A stretch of DNA of 64,000 nucleotides from Candidatus Eremiobacteria bacterium (lineage in GTDB: Bacteria > Vulcanimicrobiota > Vulcanimicrobiia > Vulcanimicrobiales > Vulcanimicrobiaceae): assembly GCA_963758295.1 (NCBI GenBank), contig CAVWUU010000004.1:288001-352000 (forward strand), read 5' to 3'. Positions 30,122-40,087 of the stretch are shown one piece after another (the stretch's first letter is position 1; the number at the start of each line of letters is the position of its first letter). The position numbers and the translations under genes were made by a program. Below the pieces are notes generated by a model. That model ran no database searches and was not told the DNA's origin. It saw only the letters and a program-made list of their open reading frames with translations.

Positions 30122-33100
30122 ATGCGAATGCGGACGTGGCAGAAGTGGCTGGTCGGGATAGCGGCAGCTTGCGCGCTCATCGTCCTTACGATCGCCATCG
30201 CATTCCAACCAATCGCGCGCGCTTCGGCGGCCACTATCGCGCGCGCTATGGGGTTCAAGCTGGCCTATGATTCGCTGTCGATCCATTCCGGCGAAGTAAT
30301 TGCAAAAAACCTACGTGTAAGCACGACTAAGGGGGAACCGGTAGCATCGATCGCTTCGCTCGATGTGAAGTATTCGCTCGGCGAAGCGCTCCGCAACACG
30401 CGGATGTACGGCCTGCAGTCGTTCGATGTGGAACAGCCGCGAATTACGCTGATCCGTCATCGCGACGGTTCGTGGAACGTGCCGATTCCCAAAGAGAAGC
30501 AGAACGGTAAACCGCCTACGACGCCGATGATTTTTAGCGGCATCGTTCGTAACGGCAGCGTCGACGTGTTCGATGAGGCGCAAGGCGTCCCGTCGGCGCG
30601 CCACTTGATGGTGCGCGATATCAACACGACGATGGACGTAGCGACCAACGCCCGAACAACCTACGACGCATCGCTCGCCTATGAAGAAGCCGGGCAGTCC
30701 TACCCACTGCGCGGAGCCGGCACGATCGACGTAAAGCACGGCTACGCAACGCAACGCTGGACCAGCGCGCAACTCCCAATAGCGCACATCGTTGACGTCG
30801 CTCTTAATTCGCCAAGCATGCACATTGTCGGTGGCTCGCTTCGCAATTTGGACGCGCGAATCGTCGGATTGGCGGGGCCCGACGGCTCCTTAGACCAGCA
30901 CGTGGATGCCACGGCGTCGCTCGATAAAGCGCGCATCGCGATCGGCGGCCTACAGAAACCGCTGCGTGACGTTCACGGGCAACTAGCGGTATTCGGCGAC
31001 GGGCTCCTTATGCAGTCGATTCGTGCGACCGTCGCCAACGTGCCGGTCAAGCTCGGCGGCGGCATGTACCATCTGAGCAATCCATCGTTCCGGTTGACTG
31101 TTGAGGGCAGCGGCGACATGCACGACCTGCGCGGTGCGCTCGCGCAATCCGCATCGCTTCCGGTCTCCGGAAATGCGCACCTGAACGTGCTTGTCGAAGG
31201 GCATCCGTCGAAACCGCTGATCCTGATCGGCATTCGTGCACCGAGAGTTCATTATGCGACGGCCAACATCCAGAATGCCGGCGGACTGATAGCGTTCGAC
31301 GGCCGGGAAGCCGACGTTATTGACTTCAGCGCGCGTTATCTCGGCATTGCGGCGAACGCGCACGGAAAGCTTGCGCTTCATCCCGGGCCACGCGCACTCG
31401 AAATGGCAGCCGGCATCATCGCACCGCCGAATACCGTTCCATATTCCAGCACGCTCCTCGCTGGAGTGCCAATCGCAGCGTCGGTCTTGGCGACCAGTGA
31501 TTCGCTCAAAAATATCGACGGCCGCGGCATCGTCTCGGGACACGCGGGCGGAACGACCGTAGCTGGACTTTTCGACGTTACGGGCGATGGCGTCGGAACC
31601 GTTGGGCCGCTTCGGATCACACGCGGCGGTTCGTCGCTCTATACGGCTGCTTTCATCGATCGCCCGCATCAGCACATCGACGCACTTCTCGACGCCGATC
31701 GCTTCCGCGTTGCCGTTGCGCAGCTGAGCGGAACGCTCGACGGCCGCATTGCCGGATCGTATGAGAACGGCCGCATCTCGGCCGGCGGCTGGACCCAATT
31801 GCATGACGTCCGGACTCCGTACACGACCGTTGCTCGCGCGGACGCGCGCTTCGGCGAAACGGCGAATCACGGCGTCGCTCTCGCGATGGATGCGACCGGG
31901 ATCGGCGCGCTCGGTGCAGTGGCGACCGCGATGGTGAGCTATAACAACGGAACGGTAAAGGTCCACGATGCGACGGCATCGCTCGCCGGCTCGTTCGTGG
32001 ACGCTCGAGGCGCAATTGCCGGCGTCGACAAAGGGAAACCGCGCTACGATCTCAACGCGCAAATGCATTCCGCAAACCTGTCGTCCTTGGTTGCACTGGC
32101 GCAACCCAAGAGCGCGAAGCTTCTCGAAGGAAGTGCTGAAGGCAGCGTTCATGTTACCGGCAGCGGCTCGGCTCCCGCGATTGCCGGGAACGTTCAGTCG
32201 GCCGAAGGCGCCGTAAACGGCTTGCCTTTTCACGAATTGGACGCCAACTTCTCCGGAACGCCGGCGTCGCTCGCCATTGAAAACGGACAAGTCGGCGTAG
32301 GCACAACAAACGTCCGGTTCAGCGCGGCCTATGCGCCGTCCGGAAAGCAGGTGAGGGTCCGTGCGCCGCACGCAGATCTCGCGGACTTCAATGATTTCTT
32401 CGACCAGGGCGATATGCTGGCCGGAACGGGCACCGTGGCGGCGGATGCGGCGTTCGCCGGAACTTCGTCGATCGTCACGAGCGGCAACGTGGCGCTGCAT
32501 TCCGCGCAACTTCGAAACTTCGCTCTTGGAGCGACGACGGCGCAGTGGGGCACCCGTGGAAACCTGATCGACACGTCGCTGGCGTTTGGCGGCACCAACG
32601 GCACCGTGCGCGCGAACGGTGCACTCACGACCGCCGGCAGTATCGCCGGAATGACGCTGCACGCGCGTAACGTCAACATCGGCAATTGGGTCGCGATGAG
32701 CGGCTACGCCTTGCCGGTCCCCATTACGGGAATCGCCAACGCAGACGCGCAGGTTGCGGGCCGGTTCCCCAACTTCAGTGGTTCGGTTACGGCTCACGCC
32801 ATCCACGGAAGCGTCAATCGCATTCCGGTTCAGCGGGTTGACGTTGCTGCGACCCTCGAGGGACACCGGGGAACGCTGCATTCGCTCGCGGTTCAGATTC
32901 CGAACGCGCGCTTGAAGGGGTCCGGAACGTTCGGCCTTCGCGAAAACGATCCGCTCGCGCTTGCATTTAATGCCCAAACGAATAACGTCGGAGCGCTCGC
33001 GCGCACGGCTACGGGGAAAGTGCTTGATGCAAGCGGCGCCGTTCAAACCAACTTAACCGTGCGCGGCACGCGACGCCAGCCGAAAATCGACGACACATTT

Positions 33101-34669
33101 ACGGCAAACCAACTGCGCTACGGCCGTTTGATCGTGCCGCACGCAGCGGGCGAAGTTCGCGCCGATCCGCAGACCGTGGAACTGGCGCGCACCGAGATAG
33201 ACTTGCAACGCGGCCGCGTACTGCTTTCGGGCAAAGCACCGATTTCTGCGGCGCGTAAGCAAATCGATTCTCGCAATCGCCCCATTAGGTTGGCCATGAC
33301 CGCGGACGACGTTGAGGCCTCGAACCTTGCGCCGCTGCTTCCAGACGGCACGCGCATGACGGGCCGGCTTGATGGAACCGTTACGGCGGGCGGCACAGTG
33401 CATGCGCCGCAGCTCAACGGATTACTCACGCTCGCCGGCGGCTCGTTCTCGAGTCCGATGGAAACGGTGCCGATCGAGCACCTCGGCGGACAGCTTGCGT
33501 TCGCCGGAACCTCCGCGACGTTGCGGAACCTCCACGCGTCGCTCGGACGCGGCAGTATCGACGCGGACGGCCGCGCATCGATTCCCGACGTCCATGATGC
33601 ATCGAAGGTTGCGTTGCAGTTGAATGCGCGCGCAGAAAATGCGAAAGTGGACGCGCCGCAATACGTAAAAGGCACCTTCGACGGCGACCTTCACGTGACG
33701 AAGCGTCCCGGCAGCCGTCCAATGCTCGCCGGAACCATTCAAACCAATAGCGCCCGCATTCCGCTGACCGCCTTGTACAATCCGAAACCGGCAAACGCGC
33801 CGGCTGCGACGCCGCCGGACGTCGGTCTCGGGCTGCACGTGGTTGCCGGCCGTGACGTGCGCGTGCAAAGCTCGAACGTGGACGTGGGTGCCGAAGGGTA
33901 CGTCAATGTGAACGGTACGCTTGCGTCGCCGGCACTTGCCGGAACGTTCGTGTCGACCGGCGGTACGGTCAGTTTCCTGCGCACGTTCCAGGTTCAAAGC
34001 GCTCGCGTCCATTTCGATCCGTCGAGCGGCATCATTCCCTACGTGAATGCAGTCGCGACGACGTATGTCGACGATCCGGCGACGAACGTGGCGTTAAAGG
34101 TTCATGGCCCGGCGACGGGACTGGACATCGCGTTTGCCTCGCAACCGCCTTACGATCGCGAACAAATTTTAGGCTTGTTGGTTAACGCGCAATCGATCGG
34201 AGCCGTACGGGGCGTCGCGTCAACCGGAAAGGGCGCTCCGTTCAGCGCAGGCAACGCGGTTAACGGTATCGCGCAAGGACAGCTCAACGAGCTCTTTACG
34301 CGAAATCTGTTGGAACCGTTCGACGTGGCCGCGGGCGGCGCGCTCGGCTTGCAAAACTTGCAGATCACCAACGACTTGCAAGGCGGCTTCGGCCTCAACG
34401 CCGTCAAGGCGTTCGGCAAAACGATGAGCCTCGTCTACGCCGATACGTTCAACTTGCCGCGCCGCCAAAGCCTGACGTTGCAGGCGCGCCCGTCGAATGC
34501 CCTCGACTACTCGTTGTCGATGTACAACACGCAGGGCGAGTCGCTGATGGCGCTCCAGCAGCCTTCCGCCGTTTCCGCACTCCAGAACGGCTTTGGCAAT
34601 TCGACAACCGTGCCGATGGATACGGGCGCGAACGGCTTCGACATAAAAGTGGAGAAGAGGTTCCCGTGA
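30122..34669 (+). CDS. TamB/AsmA-like (DUF490) periplasm-spanning protein
   Basis: N-terminal TM; 1515 aa of repeated beta-strand pattern; C-terminal region GGTVSFL...FASQPPYDREQILGLL. Confidence 0.85.
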   Translation: MRMRTWQKWLVGIAAACALIVLTIAIAFQPIARASAATIARAMGFKLAYDSLSIHSGEVIAKNLRVSTTKGEPVASIASLDVKYSLGEALRNTRMYGLQSFDVEQPRITLIRHRDGSWNVPIPKEKQNGKPPTTPMIFSGIVRNGSVDVFDEAQGVPSARHLMVRDINTTMDVATNARTTYDASLAYEEAGQSYPLRGAGTIDVKHGYATQRWTSAQLPIAHIVDVALNSPSMHIVGGSLRNLDARIVGLAGPDGSLDQHVDATASLDKARIAIGGLQKPLRDVHGQLAVFGDGLLMQSIRATVANVPVKLGGGMYHLSNPSFRLTVEGSGDMHDLRGALAQSASLPVSGNAHLNVLVEGHPSKPLILIGIRAPRVHYATANIQNAGGLIAFDGREADVIDFSARYLGIAANAHGKLALHPGPRALEMAAGIIAPPNTVPYSSTLLAGVPIAASVLATSDSLKNIDGRGIVSGHAGGTTVAGLFDVTGDGVGTVGPLRITRGGSSLYTAAFIDRPHQHIDALLDADRFRVAVAQLSGTLDGRIAGSYENGRISAGGWTQLHDVRTPYTTVARADARFGETANHGVALAMDATGIGALGAVATAMVSYNNGTVKVHDATASLAGSFVDARGAIAGVDKGKPRYDLNAQMHSANLSSLVALAQPKSAKLLEGSAEGSVHVTGSGSAPAIAGNVQSAEGAVNGLPFHELDANFSGTPASLAIENGQVGVGTTNVRFSAAYAPSGKQVRVRAPHADLADFNDFFDQGDMLAGTGTVAADAAFAGTSSIVTSGNVALHSAQLRNFALGATTAQWGTRGNLIDTSLAFGGTNGTVRANGALTTAGSIAGMTLHARNVNIGNWVAMSGYALPVPITGIANADAQVAGRFPNFSGSVTAHAIHGSVNRIPVQRVDVAATLEGHRGTLHSLAVQIPNARLKGSGTFGLRENDPLALAFNAQTNNVGALARTATGKVLDASGAVQTNLTVRGTRRQPKIDDTFTANQLRYGRLIVPHAAGEVRADPQTVELARTEIDLQRGRVLLSGKAPISAARKQIDSRNRPIRLAMTADDVEASNLAPLLPDGTRMTGRLDGTVTAGGTVHAPQLNGLLTLAGGSFSSPMETVPIEHLGGQLAFAGTSATLRNLHASLGRGSIDADGRASIPDVHDASKVALQLNARAENAKVDAPQYVKGTFDGDLHVTKRPGSRPMLAGTIQTNSARIPLTALYNPKPANAPAATPPDVGLGLHVVAGRDVRVQSSNVDVGAEGYVNVNGTLASPALAGTFVSTGGTVSFLRTFQVQSARVHFDPSSGIIPYVNAVATTYVDDPATNVALKVHGPATGLDIAFASQPPYDREQILGLLVNAQSIGAVRGVASTGKGAPFSAGNAVNGIAQGQLNELFTRNLLEPFDVAAGGALGLQNLQITNDLQGGFGLNAVKAFGKTMSLVYADTFNLPRRQSLTLQARPSNALDYSLSMYNTQGESLMALQQPSAVSALQNGFGNSTTVPMDTGANGFDIKVEKRFP

Positions 34670-35748
34670 AACGGCTTGCCTTAGCGATCGCGGTGGCGGT
34701 ATTAGCCGGTTGCAGCGCAAGCGCGAAACCTGCGCACGACTCGTCCGTTGCCCCACCCGTCAATGGACCTGCCGCCCGCGTGGACGAAGCCGCGCTCATG
34801 CGGATGCATCCCTTTGCGGCCGTAGTCGCCCAGCTAGACATGGATATCGCAACGCTCAACGCCACGCGAACCGGCGGCTTGAGCGCGGCGGGAAATGCCA
34901 TGGTGAAGAGCCGCTCGATTCTTCAGGCACAACTCGGCAATGCCGAGAACCGCGCGCGCAGCATGGACGTTGCACCTCCGGCGCGGATCCACGCCGCCCC
35001 GATAACGAGCGCGCAGCTTTCCACGCCGGAAGCCGTTGCGTCGTATCAGTCGGCGTTGAACGACCGCATGAACCGCGCGGCGGCACTGCGTGAAGCGCAG
35101 TTCCGCGAGAAAGAAGCCACGGTCGACTACCAATTCGATCGCGCGCATGCGGGTCAGCGGCTGCGTTTGGGTTTGCGGTTGCACTCGCCTTATCTCGACG
35201 CGAATGCGAAGCGCTCGATTCAAGCGCAGCTCGACGAACTCAACGCGCAAGAACGGCGCCTCGTGGAAAGGCAACGGGCAATGGATGCGTCGCAACTGGC
35301 GCAGTTCCGGGCGAGGTTACAGGGCGATGGAGAAAGACAGCTAGCATCGATGCAGCGAGATATGCAGCGCCACCAAGCAGCCGTTGCAAAAATCCCCCAA
35401 CCGAGCAATACCGTCGTTGCCCGCGCCGAAGCAATTCCATCGCACACCGACAAGCAGAAAACCGCGGCGGCGTTCGCTCAGGCGAACGAAGACCTCTCCG
35501 CACGCTTTACTCAATTGCATGACTGGAATGCCGGCGCCGCATCGTCGGTTCAACAGGAAGTCGCTGCGCTTGAAACCGAGCGCAACCGCCTCTCGACCGA
35601 AATGCGGGCGCAAATTGAAGCCCAAGCACAACGCATCGCCCGTGAGCGAGGCCTTGGCCGCGTCTATACGAGCGCGGCACCGGCCGGTGCAACCGATCTG
35701 ACGCACGATGTAGCGGCGTCGCTGGAACGATTTCGAGGTCGAACATAA
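34666..35748 (+). CDS. Coiled-coil lipoprotein with OmpH/Skp-like termini
   Basis: Lipobox LAGC; RVDEAALMRMHP near the N-terminus and IARERGLGRV...GATDLTHDV at the C-terminus. Confidence 0.65.
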   Translation: MKRLALAIAVAVLAGCSASAKPAHDSSVAPPVNGPAARVDEAALMRMHPFAAVVAQLDMDIATLNATRTGGLSAAGNAMVKSRSILQAQLGNAENRARSMDVAPPARIHAAPITSAQLSTPEAVASYQSALNDRMNRAAALREAQFREKEATVDYQFDRAHAGQRLRLGLRLHSPYLDANAKRSIQAQLDELNAQERRLVERQRAMDASQLAQFRARLQGDGERQLASMQRDMQRHQAAVAKIPQPSNTVVARAEAIPSHTDKQKTAAAFAQANEDLSARFTQLHDWNAGAASSVQQEVAALETERNRLSTEMRAQIEAQAQRIARERGLGRVYTSAAPAGATDLTHDVAASLERFRGRT

Positions 35749-35769
35749 CGGTCCGGAGTATTGGGCCGT

Positions 35770-36513
35770 ATGATCCGTAGCGACGGGCGGCGCCCCGACG
35801 AACTTCGCCCGGTTTCCATCGAACCGGGCTTTCTCAAATATGCCGAAGGCAGCGCGTTGATCAGCGTTGGCAATACACGCGTGCTTTGCGCCGCGTCGAT
35901 CGAAGATAAGGTCCCGCAATGGATGAAGGGCCGCGGCGTAGGCTGGGTTACGGCGGAGTACTCGATGCTGCCGCGCGCAACGCAAGAGCGCACGCAGCGT
36001 GAGGCCTCGAAAGGGCGCGTCGGGGGCCGGACGCATGAAATTCAGCGCATCATCGGGCGCGCGCTTCGAGCCGTAACCGATATGGCGAAGCTCGGCGAGC
36101 GAACCGTATGGATCGATTGCGACGTTCTGCAGGCCGACGGCGGCACGCGAACCGCCTCGGTAACCGGAGCGTATGTCGCCCTCGCGATGGCGCTCGCGCA
36201 GACGTCGGCTTATCCGGGCGCGAAGTGGCCGCTCACCGGTGCGATCGCGGCAACGAGCGTCGGTATCGTCCAGGGTGTCCCGCTGCTGGACCTCGCCTAC
36301 GACGAAGACAGTCGCGCGCACACCGACATGAACGTGTTTATGACCGACGCCGGTCGATTCGTCGAGCTGCAGGGCACCGCGGAAGCGGCCCCGTTCGATC
36401 GCGCGGAATTGGACCGGCTGCTGGCACTTGCGGAACTTGGTATCAACGACCTTTTCGAAATGCAGCGTCAAGCACTCTCAACCGCGGGCGTTCCGGCGGT
36501 GAGCCGTGTCTGA
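35770..36513 (+). CDS. rph: Ribonuclease PH
   Basis: [47 protein letters not shown]. Confidence 0.97.
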   Translation: MIRSDGRRPDELRPVSIEPGFLKYAEGSALISVGNTRVLCAASIEDKVPQWMKGRGVGWVTAEYSMLPRATQERTQREASKGRVGGRTHEIQRIIGRALRAVTDMAKLGERTVWIDCDVLQADGGTRTASVTGAYVALAMALAQTSAYPGAKWPLTGAIAATSVGIVQGVPLLDLAYDEDSRAHTDMNVFMTDAGRFVELQGTAEAAPFDRAELDRLLALAELGINDLFEMQRQALSTAGVPAVSRV

Positions 36514-36844
36514 CGATCGCTATGCGGCGTTAATCGACCGCGTCGGTCAATTCCACCTCACCGAGCGGACGATGAAGCAAGCGCAAACAGAAGCGGAACG
36601 CCGCCTTCGTGACGGCACATTGGATGAAAAGGCACGCGAGAAGTACCTCCAGGCCGTTCGGAAGTATTTCAGCGGGTTTGAAAAGGAAGCACGAACGCAT
36701 CTGCGAGACGTGGATCGCCGTTTGGAAAATCTCAATCAGGTGCAGTTCAATTTGAACGCCGAACGCGGGGTAGCCGTCAAACGCATCGAGGCGACGCAGT
36801 CGGTACTTGCCGACCTCGCGGCAATGGAGCAGCCCACGGCATGA
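36506..36844 (+). CDS. Hypothetical helical protein
   Basis: 112-aa ORF overlapping the rph stop and the mlaE start (ATGA). Confidence 0.75.
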   Translation: MSDDRYAALIDRVGQFHLTERTMKQAQTEAERRLRDGTLDEKAREKYLQAVRKYFSGFEKEARTHLRDVDRRLENLNQVQFNLNAERGVAVKRIEATQSVLADLAAMEQPTA

Positions 36845-37620
36845 AAATGCTGGACCGCTTCGGACGCGCCACCGTTGGGTTTCTGGAGTATACGGGCGGT
36901 TTAACGATTCTCGCGAGCGAGTCCGGCGGATTTTTATTCCGTCTGAAGATTCGGTTTCTCGAAACGATCAATCAGTGTTACTTCTTGGGCGTGCAATCGA
37001 CGTCGATCGTCCTGCTAACCTCGCTCTTTACCGGAATGGTGATTTCGCTCGAGTCGGCGGTTCAGGCCGTGCAGTTCGGCGTCGGCAGCCTCGTCGGCGG
37101 CGCGGTTGCCTTCGCGTCCGTTCGCGAGCTCGGGCCCATGCTCACTGCCGTTGTCGTTGCGGGACGCGTGGGATCGGCGATCGCGGCGGAACTCGGCTCG
37201 ATGGTGGTGACGGAACAAATTGAGGCGCTCACGTCCATGGGCCTGGAGCCGCCGCGCTTTTTGGTCGTGCCTCGCATGCTGGCCCTCGTCGTGATGTTGC
37301 CGTTGTTAACGATCTTCGGCGACGTCGTTTCGATCGGCGGCGGTATGTGGATCGCTCAGACGTACGCCCACATTTCGAACGATACGTTCATTGCATCCGC
37401 TCGACAGGCCATCGGCTTCGAAGACGTCGTAAAGGGCCTTTCAAAGGCCGTTGTTTTTGCTCTGATCATTTCGCTCGTCGGGTCATTCCAGGGGTTGCGT
37501 ACGCGCGGCGGCGCCGCGGGCGTGGGTGAATCCACGACGGGCGCAGTCGTCATTTCCATCATCTCGATCTTCGTTTCCAACTTCATTCTGTCGTTCGTCC
37601 TTTTCGGCGGGAATCACTGA
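36841..37620 (+). CDS. mlaE: MlaE-family ABC permease
   Basis: RELGPMLTAVVVAGRVGSAIAAELGSMVVTEQIEAL, GGAAGVG. Confidence 0.93.
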   Translation: MKMLDRFGRATVGFLEYTGGLTILASESGGFLFRLKIRFLETINQCYFLGVQSTSIVLLTSLFTGMVISLESAVQAVQFGVGSLVGGAVAFASVRELGPMLTAVVVAGRVGSAIAAELGSMVVTEQIEALTSMGLEPPRFLVVPRMLALVVMLPLLTIFGDVVSIGGGMWIAQTYAHISNDTFIASARQAIGFEDVVKGLSKAVVFALIISLVGSFQGLRTRGGAAGVGESTTGAVVISIISIFVSNFILSFVLFGGNH

Positions 37621-38375
37621 TGCCCGACGTCATTGCGAAGCTCGACGACGTCTCGCTATACTACGGCGATCGCGTGGTCCTGAAAAACTGCAACCTGGAC
37701 ATCGTGAAAGGCGCGATTACGTGCATCATCGGCCTTTCAGGCGCCGGCAAGTCCACGATTTTGCGTTTACTGGATGGATTGCGCAAGCCTGACGAAGGGC
37801 ACGTGTACGTCGGCGATCACGATGTCTGTCACATGCCGGAAGATAAGTTGAACGAGGTGCGGCGCGCGATCAGTTTGTCGTTTCAATTCGCTGCGTTGCT
37901 GGACAGCATGACCGTTGGCGAAAATGTCGCGCTTCCGCTTCGCGAACATACCAATCTCGCTGATGCGAAGATTCGGCAGATCGTGATCGACGCGCTGGAC
38001 AGCGTCGGCCTCGCGCATACTTACGACAACCTCCCGAGCGAACTCTCCGGCGGCATGTTGAAGCGCGCCGGCTTCGCCCGGGCCATTGTCACACGTCCCG
38101 ACCTGGTGCTTTACGACGAACCGACGACCGGATTGGATCCGATCGTCACCCATTTGATCACCGACACGATCGTGCGGCTGCGCAAGAAACTTAACGGCAC
38201 GGCGGTGGTTATCTCGCACGACCTCCAGTCGATCTTTCTGATGGCGGATTACGTGGCAATGCTTTTTGAAGGCGCAATCATCGCGTACGGCACCTGCGAC
38301 GAAATAAAACATTCCGCAAACCCCATCGTCCAACAGTTCTTGGAGGGGTCGGAAGTAGGCCCGATTCCCATTTGA
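37620..38375 (+). CDS. mlaF: MlaF/Mkl-family ABC ATPase
   Basis: GLSGAGKS, LSGGM, LYDEPTTGLDP, ISHD. Confidence 0.92.
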   Translation: MPDVIAKLDDVSLYYGDRVVLKNCNLDIVKGAITCIIGLSGAGKSTILRLLDGLRKPDEGHVYVGDHDVCHMPEDKLNEVRRAISLSFQFAALLDSMTVGENVALPLREHTNLADAKIRQIVIDALDSVGLAHTYDNLPSELSGGMLKRAGFARAIVTRPDLVLYDEPTTGLDPIVTHLITDTIVRLRKKLNGTAVVISHDLQSIFLMADYVAMLFEGAIIAYGTCDEIKHSANPIVQQFLEGSEVGPIPI

Positions 38376-38448
38376 ACGGCGTTCGAATGGGTCGTCATTC
38401 CTATCGTTAAACGAGGCACTTTCAAGCGGGAGCGATAAGTAGCCGATT

Positions 38449-40074
38449 ATGACCAGGCAAGCTCAGGTTGGAGCGTTTGCGATCCTCGCGCTGTTGCTGC
38501 TCTTCGGCGTGTTTTACGTGATCACCGATTTCGGAACTCGCCATACCGGCTACCGTGTAGGCATCCATTTTCAATCGGCTGCGGGCCTCCATTCGGGCGC
38601 TCTGGTTTTCTTTAGCGGCGTCGGCGTCGGTTCGGTTGATTCCATCACGCTTCTACCGGACAATACCGTCGACGTGATTCTCGCCATCAATCGTGACGTT
38701 GACATTCCGCGCGATTCCCGGTTCTTGATTCAGGCGCCGTTGACCGGCGATCCCAATCTCGTCATCGTTCCCCCGGTACCAAGGCCTAAGCCGAGCGGTA
38801 TAGCCGGACCAACGCCCGCCCCGCCGGCCGTTGCGGTTCTCGAGCGTCGCGTTTTGCCCGTCGACGAACAGCCGCAAGGGACGAACACGGCCACCATAGC
38901 GGACTTGCTCGAACAAGGCCAAGGCGAAATCAAAAAGCTTGACGCGATGATGGCCGATTTGGCGGCGCGCGAACCGAAGCTGCTCGATACGCTGCAAAGC
39001 ACAATGGACAACGCCAACGCGCTGACCGTTACGATGAAGTCGACGGTCACGTCGATGGCTTCCGAGCTGCAGTCAAGTCTCGGACAGGCGAGCCGCAACA
39101 TCGTCGCGCTCACCGGCACCCTCAACGATACGACGCAGTTGAATTCGCACCGCATAAGCGACATGCTCGTCCAGTTCGACGACGCTTCGCGTGCGCTCAA
39201 CGTGTCGATGAATTCGCTCCAACAGCTGGCGACGAACAAAGGTCTCAAAGGCAACCTTCTCGCCACGACCAAGAACATCGCAGATACGACGCAAAATATC
39301 GCCGACCTCACGCGAGACTTCCGGTCGGTAACCGGCGATCCACAAACGCAGGCGCAGATCAAGAACACGATCGCCAATCTCGATGCGACCATGCAGCGCG
39401 CGAATTCGCTCCTGGGCGAGCTCGGCGGTACCAGCAGCGTGTATGGCATCGACCAAAACGCGACGCCCTATCCGCTGGCAAGCGGCAGCCCCGGCATCAC
39501 CGTTCCCGGGAGGCCGGCTCCCGAAGGCTCGGTTTCCGGCTCGCCCGTACCCGGGGCAACGCCGTACCCAATGAAAAAGAACGGTGGACTTACGGCCAAG
39601 CAGATTGAGCTCAAGCAGCGTCTGGATTCCATCGCTCGTAACCTCGTCGCGATTCAAATTCGCATGAGCGGCCTTTCTGCACAGAAGACGTGCTGTGCGA
39701 ACGCCCTGCTGAGTTCCGATCGCGGGCCGCAAACCGATATCAACGCAGTGCTCTTTCCGCGCTCGAAGACGAGCGTGTTGCTCGGCGCAAACGACATCGG
39801 TCATTACGCCACGACCAATGCCGCCCTGTTGGAATCGATCAGTCCACAGGTCCGGTTGGGCGGCGGCGTGCTGTATTCACGGCTCGGCGTGTTAGGCCAA
39901 TACAACGCCTCGCTTTTCGGAGTCGAAGGCCGTTTGTACGATCCCCGGCGCCCGACACTGGACCTGTACGGAAATCTCAATCTCACGCACGGCCTGCAGC
40001 TATTCGTGGGACAACGCGACATCAATCATTCGGAACGCCGCACGGTGTACGGCATTCAAGCGCAATTTCCATAG
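38449..40074 (+). CDS. mlaD: Elongated MCE/MlaD protein with helical stalk and probable C-terminal beta-barrel
   Basis: TM; MCE motif FQSAAGL..GALV.FSGV.VG; long heptad region; amphipathic strands ending YGIQAQFP. Confidence 0.85.
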   Translation: MTRQAQVGAFAILALLLLFGVFYVITDFGTRHTGYRVGIHFQSAAGLHSGALVFFSGVGVGSVDSITLLPDNTVDVILAINRDVDIPRDSRFLIQAPLTGDPNLVIVPPVPRPKPSGIAGPTPAPPAVAVLERRVLPVDEQPQGTNTATIADLLEQGQGEIKKLDAMMADLAAREPKLLDTLQSTMDNANALTVTMKSTVTSMASELQSSLGQASRNIVALTGTLNDTTQLNSHRISDMLVQFDDASRALNVSMNSLQQLATNKGLKGNLLATTKNIADTTQNIADLTRDFRSVTGDPQTQAQIKNTIANLDATMQRANSLLGELGGTSSVYGIDQNATPYPLASGSPGITVPGRPAPEGSVSGSPVPGATPYPMKKNGGLTAKQIELKQRLDSIARNLVAIQIRMSGLSAQKTCCANALLSSDRGPQTDINAVLFPRSKTSVLLGANDIGHYATTNAALLESISPQVRLGGGVLYSRLGVLGQYNASLFGVEGRLYDPRRPTLDLYGNLNLTHGLQLFVGQRDINHSERRTVYGIQAQFP

Positions 40075-40087
40075 TGGTGAGTACAAG

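Noticed and set aside
30983..33046. 687-aa antisense ORF in tamB (and similar long shadow ORFs in carB, glmS, rph)
   Set aside because: Expected mirror frames in GC-rich genes; no protein-like motifs.
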